A stretch of DNA of 64,000 bases. Origin: Eledone cirrhosa (lineage: Eukaryota). The notes beneath the pieces are model-generated. The model was not told where the DNA came from. It worked only from the letters and a program-made list of their open reading frames with translations, and did not search any database. The position numbers were made by a program, and so were the translations under genes. The stretch spans positions 10,106,001-10,170,000 of the forward strand of contig OZ024754.1 of NCBI GenBank assembly GCA_964016885.1, read 5' to 3'. Below, one piece after another: positions 1 to 13,161 of this stretch. Numbering within the stretch: position 1 is the stretch's first letter; each line of letters opens with the position of its first letter.

Positions 1-290
1 GATAGTACGAATGCTGACCTCCTCAACTAAAATTCTTTGTCTTACCAAGAGTGATATGCAACACAAGAACCATTCACTTGAAAGCTTTAGGTGAGATATT
101 TACTGAGACATATGCATAAAGATACAGGATGTCTATGTGTGTATAACTGTGCAGTTATCACTTACTGAATGAATATAATTTAGTTTTAATAGATAGGCAG
201 TTGATATAAAATTAATGTTTGGAAGTGATATAATACATCAACCAGTATGTATACATATATATATATATATATATATACATATACACATAC

Positions 291-325
<35 letters not shown>

Positions 326-809
326 TGCCAAACTTGTCTATACCTGAGAGTAGATTAATATATTTATTTGACAGAAAATTCATTATGAACAGAATTCAAT
401 GAAATGAACATTAGCTACTCTCCAACACACTCCAGAAAACTGATCACTTTAGTGTAAACAATCTAGAGAAGACCGAGACAAAAACGTTACCCCATTGGGG
501 GAACAAGACTAACAAGAATGACTGCCGACAGTTTAAGACTAACAATGAACAACATGAGTTAGAACATAAGTTTTGCTTTTGGCTTCTAAAACAGGCAAAC
601 AATATTTTATAAAAATTAAGGTAAGGTAGATGGATGTACAGTTTATATAAAAAATATATAGCATTACAGATCCTTCAAACCTAACACCCTGTGAACAAAT
701 AAATACAAAAAAAATAGATAAAGAAAGAGATTTATGAAGTAAAAATAGGAACATAATCTAACACATGCTAGCTGAAACTCAGAAGAAGATTAGTTAAATT
801 TTATGATAT

Positions 810-1050
810 CATCATTTCATGATCATTTTCGTTTAGCATCAATTTTTCCATGCTTGCATGGATTAGACCGGTTGTCCATGCCAGGAGGTAAGTCTGGCCA
901 TGATTTGCCATGTCGCACCTTGCTCTGGTGAGGAATGTAAATGTGGCCAGGTATTTTACAGTTGGATGCCCTTCCTAACACCAACCACATTTACAGTGTG
1001 GGACTGGATGGCTCCTTCATGAGGTGGGACAGGCCAGTTCTTGTAAGTTC
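810..1050 (-). mobile_element. SINE 3' portion with (GAT)n tail
   Basis: GGATGCCCTTCCTAACACCAACC and TTCCATGCTTGCATGG blocks next to (CAT)n; same blocks recur at about 11.8, 18.2, 37.7, 41.5, 51.8 and 54.0 kb. Confidence 0.7.
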
Positions 1051-1652
1051 TTTGATTGAGCAAAAGTAATCTACAGCAACTGATTCAAAAGTTTAAATAC
1101 AATAGAAACATCAACAATTCATGTATATAGTCCTAAGACCAGGCAATACCAAACTTCTGTCACTGTGTCCAATATACTGCGGAATTTGTTAGTATCATGA
1201 ATTACAGAACCAAAATTCTAAAGTGTAAACTTCACTTCTTCTTCCCAGACCAGAACAATTACTTGATTGTAAACAATGGTCATTTTTGGACAGAATATAT
1301 AATAAAAAGTGTATAAAGAATGCAGACCAACAATAGAGACAGCATGTATTGATAAATACAAATAAAGAAAGAAAGAGGACAAAAAAGAAAAGTAGAGAGA
1401 AAGGAAAGGAAGAGAAGGTGGCAAGGTAAAGAAGCTAAACTAACAAAGGGAATATATATATTCTAAGAAGAAGCTAAAGCTATCATGGAATAACAAGAGA
1501 AAACATTTTGGTTCTTATATTTTCAGAAAAAAAGACAAGCTTTGTGGATTTATTTTAGTTTTAGATTAGACTTTATACAAACTACACTTCTAAAAATAAA
1601 ATAAAATAAGATAAAATAAAAAAAATAAAAAATAAATAATAATAATAATAAA

Positions 1653-2049
1653 CACAATAGACCTGACCTGGTGGTTTTGGACAAGGAAAAAAGATCGTGC
1701 TTGATTGTGGATGTGGCCTGCCCATTCGACACGAGAGTGCAAGAGGAGGAGAGGGAGAAAATTAACTGATACCAGGACTTAAAGTGGGAGGTAAAAAGGA
1801 TTTGGAAATGCCATGAAGTCATAGTGGTCCCGATTGTCATAGGCGCACTAGGTACTATCTCAAAGAGTTTCCAGGGATGGTTAAAGAAAATTGGCCCCGC
1901 CCCACTTTTTGGAACACTTCAAAAGGCATCCTTGCTGGGAACAGCAAGAACTCTCCGATACGTCCTGAACATCTGAGGCTGCAGGTAGTGGGTTGATATT
2001 CATTTCAACAAACTTTCCAGTTAACTAACATCAATGACTGAGACTCAAA

Positions 2050-2089
<40 letters not shown>
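1653..2089 (+). mobile_element. 5'-truncated R4/Dong-clade non-LTR retrotransposon (restriction-like endonuclease domain, pseudogenised) in (TAA)n
   Basis: 1653-1976 translates HNRPDLVVLDKEKRSCLIVDVACPFD...EKIN*YQDLKWEVKRIW...VVPIVIGALGTISK...LQKASLLGTARTLRYVLNI*, an RLE signature (RPD, DVACP, K..Y, PIVIGALG); internal stop 1767-1769; (TAA)n on both flanks. Confidence 0.9.
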
Positions 2090-2090
<1 letters not shown>

Positions 2091-2433
2091 GAAAGAAAAT
2101 GAATAAATAAATAAATAAAAAGATTGAGAGCCCGTGTCTCACACTCAAAATCAATTATCTGACCACTATTGTGCTGGACTTTAGAAAAGAACTTATTCTC
2201 ATCATTAATATAGTGTTAAGAAAGACATGGTGCTGTGGCCGTTTATAGCAAAATAAGTTTACAATGGAATCAGTTTCTTCACTAACATCACTGACTCTGT
2301 TCCTATTATCCTATAAATCTAAAATATTATTCTTATGTAAGAAAAAAATAATATTTTCTTGTGTAGGTATGAGGCCATACATAGTTTTGGCGGAAGGATA
2401 CAGTTAAAGATATCCTCCATAATTTAACTGGCA

Positions 2434-2640
2434 GTTGATTGGCAGAATCAGGAGAGAGTCGGACAACATGCTTTGCAGCATAGAGTTGCAGCCCTTTATG
2501 ATCTGAGTTCAAATACCACCAAGGTTAGCTTTGCCTTTCATCTTTACGGAGTCGATAAAATAAAGCACCAGTAATGTACTGGAGTTGATTTAATTGACTT
2601 TCTCTTCTCCCAAAATTGCTGGCCTAAAGTAGAACCCATT
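2434..2640 (+). mobile_element. tRNA-derived SINE with Nin-like domain
   Basis: GAGTTCAAAT B-box, GCCTTTCATC...GTCGATAAAATAAAG core, AATTGCTGGCC...GTAGAA 3' end. Confidence 0.75.
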
Positions 2641-2794
2641 ATTTAAATGGTACCATATTTTATCAACCTAGGAAGGAAGAATGGAAAGGTTGATTATAAT
2701 AGAATTTGATCTCAAAACGTAAACAGAAGCAACTAAATGCAGCAAGTTATTTTAACCAAAGTTTTACCAATTCTCACCTCTACTTCACTCCCAT

Positions 2795-3010
2795 TAAACC
2801 CTTTAGTATTTAAACTGGCCATATCCAACCAGAATTCTCTCTCCTCTTTCTGTTCAAACCAGCTATAACTGGCCATTCATACTGATGTTAAGGTATTGTC
2901 CTCAAAATAAATAATATCAAAATCTCATAGATTCAATATTATGTGAGGTAAAGCCTTTTCCGTGAAAATATAATAGTAAATATAGAGTAATGTAAATGCT
3001 AATGGGTTAA
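2795..3010. mobile_element. piggyBac-type MITE
   Basis: TTAA-flanked CCCTTTAG...GGG termini; internal GAATTCTCTCACCTCTTTCTGTTCAAAC block shared by many copies. Confidence 0.75.
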
Positions 3011-3020
3011 GAAATAATAA

Positions 3021-3350
3021 TTGTTTCTACTTTAGGCACAAGGCCAGCAATTACCCAGTGCCTTACTGGTACTTTATTTTATCGACCCCGTAAGGATGAA
3101 AGGCAAAGTCAACCTCGGCGGGATTTGAACTCAGATCGTAAAGGGAGGCAACTATGCTGGAAAGCATGGCGTCCGACCCTCTACTGATACTGCCAATCCA
3201 CCGCCCTTTAAGAAATAATAATGACTTCTAGTATAAGCACAAGGCCAGTTATTACCCCAGTGCATTACTGGTACTTTATTTTATTGACCCCGTAAGCATG
3301 AAAGGTAAGGTTGACCTCAGCAGGATTTGAACTCCGAGAGTAGAAAGCAG
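3021..3350 (-). mobile_element. Two tandem Nin-like SINE copies
   Basis: GGCACAAGGCCAGCAATTAC...GGATGAAAGGCAAAG...GATTTGAACTC; TTAAGAAATAATAAT duplicated at about 3007 and 3208 (TSD-like). Confidence 0.8.
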
Positions 3351-3439
3351 TTAAGAAATAATTATATCATCATAAAGGTGTTTTTGTAATCCCTCTTTGT
3401 TTCAATACTTGTGATAATAACCATTGTGATAATAACTCA

Positions 3440-3632
3440 TCCACTTAATCATATCCATTGCACCCTGGTATGGGTGACTGACTAGTGCAAGGCCTTGCCA
3501 ATATACCTCAGTTGCCAGGATACCATAGACACTGAAATTGACAAGGAAGACCTACAAAACTTGAGGTGAAATAGAGACTATTGGCATGAAGTTGTGCTTG
3601 ATGTCTCGCCTAAGGCTGATGGATAAGGTAAG
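3440..3632 (+). mobile_element. Degenerate RTE-like LINE 3' fragment
   Basis: Residual similarity to the RTE C-terminus at 12.8 kb (NRDYWHEVV-like motif) followed by a TAAGG tail. Confidence 0.4.
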
Positions 3633-3770
3633 ATTGTTTCAATTTACTATTTCAATTTCATCATCATCATCATCATCATCATCATTTAATCTCCATTTTC
3701 CACACTAGCATCTAAATTAGAATCTCTTCATTCGAGCAAGTTATGATAAAATAACCTTTCTTCATTTGGT

Positions 3771-3974
3771 TTAACCCTTTAGCATTTAAACCGGCCATAT
3801 CTGGCCAAAATTCTCTCATCTCTTTCTGTTCAAACTGGCCATAACCAGTTGCTCATAATTATGTTAAGGTATTGTTCTCAATATAAATGATATCAAAATC
3901 TCGTAAATTCGTGAGATATTATGTAAGATAAAAACTTTACTATAAAAATACAATAATAAATGCTAAAGGGTTAA
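3771..3974. mobile_element. piggyBac-type MITE, intact
   Basis: TTAA CCCTTTAGCATT ... AATGCTAAAGGG TTAA perfect terminal inverted repeats. Confidence 0.85.
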
Positions 3975-4954
3975 ACATGTTTACCCTTCTGAAAGCATAT
4001 TTCTAACAAGATCACTGCCATTATTGAAATGATTCAAAATAACCAAGAATTATGATAGATTTAGTGAAATAATTCATTTTACCCTTTTGCTATGAAACTA
4101 TGATACAAAATAGTTTGTTTTAAATTGTTTATATTTATCTAAAACCCTTCCAGTATAATTTTGTGTAAGAACCAGCTACATAACAAGAAAGTTAGTTATA
4201 TTACTAAATTGCTCAAAACTATTAGATATTTTCAAAATTATTTGAAAACCATAGGCAATGTCTTTCAAAAGAAAGGAATGATGGAAGAGAGGTGTTTACC
4301 TACTGACTCTTAAACCTAACATTTGTGTAATAATGAAATTAGTTTCCAAAATCTGAATTAAAATTTGAAACACTTAGAGATTGTTTCAGGGTGTTGAAAG
4401 ATATTTCTAATTTTTGCTATCAATCTAAGATTCCCTATAAGTTTCTCTACACTGTTAAAGGCATAGATTTATACATTATCAAAGCAAATATTTTTGATTT
4501 CTCTGAATTCCAAAGAAGAAAAATAAAAAGCCTCATTGCTACATGATGGACTGAGGCTATATAATCCAGTTTTCCTTTTTGGTTGATTCCAAAAGCCCTT
4601 CGGTAATGCAGCAGGTTAGTCAGGAGGCAGAGGTGATGGAGAGAGAGAATAAGATGAGACAAGCTAATATGAATGTATGTAGTAAATTTATTTTTACTTC
4701 AAAAGTTATCAACTGCCTAAAGTAACAATAACTGTTGAGGATTCCCATGTGCAGAATATGTTCGTTAAAAAATAACAAAAACTGGAAGAAAAAAACCCAG
4801 AAACCCTCATAGCCTGCAGATACTGTATTTGACTCACGATATGCAGTCACAAAATTGATGGCTGACAAGAAAGATCCCCACCACTACCACCATTTCAATT
4901 GTACTCTATGTTTGTTTGTTTTTAATATTCTATTCTTTTTTTTTATATATATTA

Positions 4955-5226
4955 ACTCTCACCCCCTTCTTTTCTCTCTCTCCCTTCTTTTCTATCTTTC
5001 TCTCTCCCTCCTTTCTTTTATCTCTCTCTCCTTTCATTTCTCATTCCCTCTCTCCTTTCATCCCTCTCTCCCTCCATTTCTCACGCTCCCTTCGTTTCTA
5101 TATCTCCCTTCTTTCTTTTATCTCTCTCTCCTTTCATTTCTCATTCCCTCTCTCCCTTCATCTCTCTCTCTCTCCCTCCATTTCTCTCTCTCCTCTCTAT
5201 CTATCTAGCTATCTATCTCTCTCTCC
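4955..5226. repeat. CT-rich low-complexity tract
   Basis: Polypyrimidine (CT/CTT) sequence. Confidence 0.9.
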
Positions 5227-5709
5227 TTGGCTTCCAGAAAGATCTCCCCTAAAAATACCAGTTCATAACACCAGCAAAATTGGCTTCTTAGTTGGAACAT
5301 CCATAGCAGATTGGCCTTGCTACTTAAACTTGAATAACATTTAATGCTGCAATGAATGTATGCTTGCCCAGAATACATAAAATATGTAGGATTTAACCAA
5401 CATGTTTTGGTTATATCCTCATAAAATTAACACAAGTTTATGCTATATTTGCATTTTGTTTTGTTTGTGTTCTTTTTAAAAGGAAATAACAACAAAAACA
5501 ACTGCAACAACAATAATATTAAGAAAAAATTGGCTTAGTATTTTGCATCCATTATTTATTCTGAATAAAAGATATTAAAAAAAAAAGTTATTCTATAATC
5601 AAATCTCTGCTTGCAAAAGTTATAAACAAAATTGTCTATGTATTGTTTTATCTTAATAGCATCTATCTTTTGCTCTCCGACTTTCCTCATCTGTTGATGC
5701 CTTTGTTCC

Positions 5710-5711
<2 letters not shown>

Positions 5712-5759
<48 letters not shown>

Positions 5760-5990
5760 ACTGTGTGTATGTATGTGTATACATGACTGTGTTTATGTAT
5801 GTGTGCGCTTGACTGTGTGTGTACATGACTGCGTGTTTATGTATGTGTGTGTGCTTGACTCTGTGTGTACATGACTGCATGTTTATGTATGTGTGTGCTT
5901 GACTGTGTCTGTATGTGTACATTACTTTGTGTGCATGTGAATCTGCTTGACTGTGTGAGTGTACATGACTGTGTGTGTCTGTGTGTATTG
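5712..5990. repeat. (GT)n plus derived GT-rich minisatellite
   Basis: (TG)n then repeats of GTGTACATGACTG...TGCTTGACT. Confidence 0.85.
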
Positions 5991-7418
5991 TTAATTTTTT
6001 TTTTGTTCTGTTTCCTATTATTTCTCTTCTAAATTCTCTCTAACCTTTTATCCCGATGTTTTGCTTCACTTTACTGCCTCGTTGCATTTTAACGCTCATT
6101 TATTGAAATCTGCTGCTTCCATTTTTTTTTTGGATTTTATTGTTTTCATTAGGATAACCAAACAAGCGTTTGTTTGGGAGGCTATTTTTTTTTTTGGTTT
6201 TCGTTTGTTTGTTTGTCTGTTTGTATTTTTAATGAATTTATTTCAACAAAACTTTTAATCTTGTGTGATTAGTCACTGCACAATTTTGCTATTTTCATTT
6301 TAAAAGTCAACTGTCCTATAGTCGAGAGCTTTAGCTCATTGCAGTTGCTAATCTACTAATTCTATTTGAACAAAAATAGCCAGTCATTAAAAGCTAGTGA
6401 ATGCTCATTGCTAAAGTGCTGTTTAATTTTCTAATTAAACTTCAATTTAATTGATGAATTAGAACAAAAGCAAAAATAATCTAATTAATTCAAACATTGT
6501 TTTCCTTCAACTGCCCCCACCCCAACACCCCATCTACAATCTTTTCAATATTATTTTCCCCCTCCATTAATGATTTTAAGTCTATTTCTGTTCCACGTCA
6601 AAAGATGGCTACAATTTCCTGATGTTTGTTGCTAAACTTAAGTTCACCATTAATTTAAAACAGTTTTCGGCTTGTTTTTTTTTTCCCAAAACCATCCTTT
6701 ATCTATAAAATTGTTTCTAAATCAGACGTAAATCTCTTTATATGCGTTTGTTTAAAATTTGATGTGACATTGTATAAGCTTAGTCACTTTTCATATAGTA
6801 TTTCTTTGATGTTAGTTATAAAAGCAGTTTGGTTTCTCAGTTCGTAATGTTTTATGTAAACAAACACATCTTACTAGCATCCAACTTTTACTATAAACTA
6901 ACAAAATATCCCTTGTGGCCCTGGTAGGTAAATATGGATTATCGTGTTTTGAATTCTACAAAATACAGCACCAGTTGAATACTGAGGTGAATTCAACTGA
7001 CAAACCCCTCCCTATAAATTTCTGGATTCCTGTCTGAATTAGAAACCATTATTTTTGCCCAAGATATTTTGATGTTAGAAGGATTGTAAGCTACTAAGCT
7101 AGACTTTAGTTTCAATTCTGTTTGCATCTCTCTCTCTCTCTCACATTTTGAAGTCAAATAAATAATGTTTAGCTGTTCTTTAATGAACGCTAACAATTGC
7201 CAAGCACTATTGCTTAAAATAAAATATAAGATTAATGATTTGTCAATTGGGTGAAAATCATTGTTTCCCTATTATTTAATGCAGAGTGGTGGGTTGGTAG
7301 TATCAGTAGGGTGTCGGACAAAATGCTTTGCGGCAAAACACTTACAACCCTTTACATTCAATTTTGCCTTTCATCCTTCTAAGGTCAGTAAAACATAAGT
7401 ACCAACCAAAAACTGGAG

Positions 7419-10231
7419 GGCACTCCATCGGTTCTGATGGCAAGGGTTCCAGTTGATCCGATCAACAGAACAGCCTGCTTGTGAAATTAACATGCAAGTG
7501 ACTGAGCATTCCACAAACACAAGTACCATTAACGTAGTTCTCAGGGACATTCGGCATGACACAGAATGTGACAAGGCTGTCCCTTAGAATTACAGGTACA
7601 ACTCATTTTTGCCAGCTGAGTAAACTGGAGCAGCATGAAATAAAGTGTCTTGCTCAAGGATCAGCAGTAAACTGGAGCAGCATGAAATAAAGTGTCTTGC
7701 TCAATGATCAGCAGTAAACTGGAGCAACGTGAAATAAAGTGTCTTGCTCAAGGATCAGCAGTAAACTGGAGCAACGTGAAATAAAGTATCTTGCTCAAGG
7801 ATCAGCAGTAAACTGGAGCAGCATGAAATAAAGTATCTTGCTCAAGGATCAGCAGTAAACTGGAGCAACATGAAATAAAGTGTCTTGCTCAAGGATCAGC
7901 AGTAAACTGGAGCAACGTGAAATAAAGTGTCTTGCTCAAGGATCAGCAGTAAACTGGAGCAACATGAAATAAAGTGTCTTGCTCAAGGATCAGCAATAAA
8001 CTGGAGCAACGTGAAATAAAGTGTCTTGCTCAAGGATCAGCAGTAAACTGGAGCAACATGAAATAAAGTGTCTTGCTCAAGGATCAGCAATAAACTGGAG
8101 CAACGTGAAATAAAGTGTCTTGCTCAAGGATCAGCAGTAAACTGGAGCAACATGAAATAAAGTGTCTTGCTCAAGGATCAGCAATAAACTGGAGCAACAT
8201 GAAATAAAGTGTCTTGCTCAAGGATCAGCAGTAAACTGGAGCAACATGAAATAAAGTGTCTTGCTCAAGGATCAGCAATAAACTGGAGCAACATGAAATA
8301 AAGTGTCTTGCTCAAGGATCAGCAGTAAACTGGAGCAACATGAAATAAAGTGTCTTGCTCAAGGATCAGCAATAAACTGGAGCAACGTGAAATAAAGTGT
8401 CTTGCTCAAGGATCAGCAGTAAACTGGAGCAACATGAAATAAAGTGTCTTGCTCAAGGATCAGCAATAAACTGGAGCAACGTGAAATAAAGTGTCTTGCT
8501 CAAGGATCAGCAGTAAACTGGAGCAACATGAAATAAAGTATCTTGCTCAAGGATCAGCAGTAAACTGGAGCAACATGAAATAAAGTGTCTTGCTCAAGGA
8601 TCAGCAATAAACTGGAGCAACGTGAAATAAAGTGTCTTGCTCAAGGATCAGCAGTAAACTGGAGCAACATGAAATAAAGTGTCTTGCTCAAGGATCAGCA
8701 ATAAACTGGAGCAACGTGAAATAAAGTGTCTTGCTCAAGGATCAGCAGTAAACTGGAGCAACATGAAATAAAGTATCTTGCTCAAGGATCAGCAGTAAAC
8801 TGGAGCAACATGAAATAAAGTGTCTTGCTCAAGGATCAGCAATAAACTGGAGCAACGTGAAATAAAGTGTCTTGCTCAAGGATCAGCAGTAAACTGGAGC
8901 AACATGAAATAAAGTGTCTTGCTCAAGGATCAGCAATAAACTGGAGCAACGTGAAATAAAGTGTCTTGCTCAAGGATCAGCAGTAAACTGGAGCAACATG
9001 AAATAAAGTGTCTTGCTCAAGGATCAGCAATAAACTGGAGCAACATGAAATAAAGTGTCTTGCTCAAGGATCAGCAGTAAACTGGAGCAACATGAAATAA
9101 AGTGTCTTGCTCAAGGATCAGCAATAAACTGGAGCAACATGAAATAAAGTGTCTTGCTCAAGGATCAGCAATAAACTGGAGCAACGTGAAATAAAGTGTC
9201 TTGCTCAAGGATCAGCAGTAAACTGGAGCAACATGAAATAAAGTGTCTTGCTCAAGGATCAGCAATAAACTGGAGCAACATGAAATAAAGTGTCTTGCTC
9301 AAGGATCAGCAGTAAACTGGAGCAACATGAAATAAAGTGTCTTGCTCAAGGATCAGCAATAAACTGGAGCAACATGAAATAAAGTGTCTTGCTCAAGGAT
9401 CAGCAGTAAACTGGAGCAACATGAAATAAAGTGTCTTGCTCAAGGATCAGCAGTAAACTGGAGCAACATGAAATAAAGTGTCTTGCTCAAGGATCAGCAA
9501 TAAACTGGAGCAACATGAAATAAAGTGTCTTGCTCAAGGATCAGCAGTAAACTGGAGCAACATGAAATAAAGTGTCTTGCTCAAGGATCAGCAGTAAACT
9601 GGAGCAACATGAAATAAAGTGTCTTGCTCAAGGATCAGCAGTAAACTGGAGCAACATGAAATAAAGTGTCTTGCTCAAGGATCAGCAGTAAACTGGAGCA
9701 ACATGAAATAAAGTGTCTTGCTCAAGGATCAGCAATAAACTGGAGCAACATGAAATAAAGTGTCTTGCTCAAGGATCAGCAGTAAACTGGAGCAACGTGA
9801 AATAAAGTATCTTGCTCAAGGATCAGCAATAAACTGGAGCAACATGAAATAAAGTGTCTTGCTCAAGGATCAGCAGTAAACTGGAGCAACATGAAATAAA
9901 GTGTCTTGCTCAAGGATCAGCAGTAAACTGGAGCAACATGAAATAAAGTGTCTTGCTCAAGGATCAGCAGTAAACTGGAGCAACATGAAATAAAGTGTCT
10001 TGCTCAAGGATCAGCAATAAACTGGAGCAACATGAAATAAAGTGTCTTGCTCAAGGATCAGCAGTAAACTGGAGCAACGTGAAATAAAGTATCTTGCTCA
10101 AGGATCAGCAGTAAACTGGAGCAACATGAAATAAAGTGTCTTGCTCAAGGATCAGCTTGCCACCGGGAATCAAACTCATGACCTTATGATTGTGAACTGA
10201 ATTCGCTAACCACAAAGCCATGCACCTTCAC
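7419..10231 (-). mobile_element. tRNA/CORE-type SINE expanded by an internal tandem array
   Basis: tRNA-like head at 10160-10231 (minus), CCTTGAGCAAGACACTT core, SINE body 7419-7618. Confidence 0.85.
7619..10156. repeat. 47-bp minisatellite, about 54 copies
   Basis: Unit AGTAAACTGGAGCAACATGAAATAAAGTGTCTTGCTCAAGGATCAGC with few variable sites and no spacers. Confidence 0.97.
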
Positions 10232-10798
10232 CAGCCAAATACTAGGTTTCATTTAATCAACTTGGTGCTACTTCTAAATTCGGTAACATGTCTAAACTAT
10301 TTCATGTTTATCCACTGTTTAACGAAAACTAATAACTGCCAAATACTATTGATAGAAATATAGAAAATAGAATGGAACATTAATGGTTTTCAGTTATGCC
10401 AAACTTAGTGAAGAAGCAGCTCAGTCAATTGGATCAACTACAGGTAATTATTTTATTGATCACAGTACATCCCTGGCATCATATTATTAAATACAAACTA
10501 GTAAGTGCTTTGAAACATCCATTCCACTGTTCTGCTGTTCTGACCATCTGTTCTGTTGCAACAATATCAAACATAATAAGCAACATTGACAATAATAAAA
10601 TAATAAAAGTGTTCCCATGTTTTCAAATAGAATCCAATAGTAGAATTGGATTGTATAGAAAATAACCAGCAGGATATACATTTTCTGCATGTTTACATGG
10701 AACAAATCAATCATGAAAGAGTTTTAGTTGGTTGTGCTTCACCTCAACTAATCAATACCTGTGTGTGTGTGTAGGTGTGTGTTGTGCCTGCGTGTGTG

Positions 10799-10867
<69 letters not shown>

Positions 10868-11414
10868 GTGTGTGTGTGTGTGCGCGCGTGTAGGTGTGTG
10901 TTGTGCCTGCGTGCTAACAATTTTGCACGCAATGAATGAATTTAGACATCTAGCTAGATTTGAGAAATAAATATTTGTTTGTTTTTTTTTTTCTTTGTTC
11001 TGTCAAGCAGGTAAGCATGTTAGTATTGGAAGAGAAAGGTGGGCAACTGCAATTAGCTGTTAATAGCTTAATATATATATATATATATATATATATAACA
11101 CAATTAATAAAGGTGAAATTTTTGCAAGTCACTACAAACGGAAGATCTAGAAAATACTCTGTTGAATACTCTGTTGCAGGTTTTCAGAGATGGATTGGTT
11201 TCATCGTAACCCATCTGTCCGTTCTACATGGTTATTGCTGTTCTATGAACGAATCCATATGATATGCTCCAAACCTTTCCACGTGTGGTTCAGTCTGTTG
11301 TAGAGCAGCTGCATAGGAAGCAAAATCTATAATTCACACCGGCCTCTGCGCCTATGTCAACAAATTGATCTAAATTCCACACTATACATATATATATTAT
11401 GTATATTTATTTAA

Positions 11415-11603
11415 GGGCGGTGGATTGGCAGTATCGGTAGAGAGCCGGATACCATGATTTGCAGCATTGAGTTACGTCCCTTTAGGTTCTGAGTTCAAAT
11501 CCCGCCAAGGTTAATTTTGCCTTTCATCCTTACCGGGTCGATAAAATAAAGTACCAGTAATGTACTAGGTGATTGCTGGCCTTGTGCCAAAAATAGAAAC
11601 AAT
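11415..11603 (+). mobile_element. Nin-like SINE, full length
   Basis: GGGCGGTGGATTGGCAG head, GAGTTCAAATCC B-box, Nin-like core, GTAGAAACAATT-like end. Confidence 0.85.
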
Positions 11604-11608
11604 TATAT

Positions 11609-11685
11609 ATATTTATTATAAGTACAAATTAAAGTTTAAGCAAAGATTCTTTGCTTAAACTTTAATTTGTACTCATAATAAATAT
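11609..11685. repeat. 38-bp-arm palindrome beside (TA)n
   Basis: ...AAGTTTAAGCAAAGA T TCTTTGCTTAAACTT..., one mismatch; related sequence near 40.43 kb. Confidence 0.85.
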
Positions 11686-11694
11686 TTACTCTAC

Positions 11695-12179
<485 letters not shown>

Positions 12180-12303
12180 AAAGTTTTATTTAAAATTGTT
12201 GGGTTACGAGTAAATATTTTATAACTGATATAAAAGCACTCAACAGGTTTTGGAGTATTTTACGATATAAAACAAATGGAAACTACATTTATAAAACCAT
12301 ATT

Positions 12304-12369
12304 TATTTCATTATATATATTTCAGGGATATCATATTAAAAATATGGTATGCCCTCTTCAGATAAAATA
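12304..12369 (-). ncRNA. Minimal type I hammerhead ribozyme (mirror copy)
   Basis: Exact reverse complement of 12395-12460. Confidence 0.8.
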
Positions 12370-12394
12370 CAATATATAAACTGTTTATATATTG

Positions 12395-12460
12395 TATTTT
12401 ATCTGAAGAGGGCATACCATATTTTTAATATGATATCCCTGAAATATATATAATGAAATA
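12395..12460 (+). ncRNA. Minimal type I hammerhead ribozyme
   Basis: Stem I TATTTTAT/ATGAAATA, core CTGAAGA (12403), 31-nt stem II, GAAA (12441), palindromic ATATATAT stem III, predicted cut after 12452. Confidence 0.8.
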
Positions 12461-12497
12461 AATATGGTTTTATAAATGTAGTTTCCATTTGTTTTAT

Positions 12498-12555
<58 letters not shown>

Positions 12556-12812
12556 CCTTATCAAGCCCTCTTCGGATCTTAGTCTTCACATTTATTATTA
12601 CTATGCGTGTGTGTGTATTTAATACTTGATATTGTAGGTTAAGAGCATTGATGTTTCAAGCAATAGTCCTTTATCACAAGATAGAAAAAGGGAGGGGAGA
12701 GAAGAAAAAATAGAAAGATAGACGAGAGTATGATTAGAAAGAAAAAATGCACACATCTCTCTCTCTCTCTTTACCATTATGTCTATGTGTGTGTGTATAT
12801 ATATCTATCTAT

Positions 12813-13067
12813 CTAAGGCGGGTAAAATTCCCGAGATCCATGGACGAGTTCTCTCCAGCGGTCTCTGTCCCTCATTATCGCTGCCATATCCTGCATCTCC
12901 AACAGACCAGTGTCTGTCCTTAGGGCATCAACATATGTTAACCTTGGTCTTCCTCTTCTAGTGTGTCCATGTAGGGGCTCCCAAAGGAGCACTGAGTGCA
13001 ATGTCATCTCTGGATGTCGGTGAGCATGTCCAGCTAACCTCAGTCTCCTCTGTGTCACTTTTGAGCT

Positions 13068-13070
<3 letters not shown>
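12813..13070 (-). mobile_element. RTE-clade LINE 3' fragment
   Basis: RRLRLAGH...LLWEP...RRGRPRLTYVD...RDRDRWR, a typical RTE ORF C-terminus. Confidence 0.88.

Positions 13071-13161
<91 letters not shown>

Noticed and set aside
7619-10156. CRISPR array
   Set aside because: Units are contiguous with no unique spacers, derive from a SINE, and there are no cas genes; eukaryotic context
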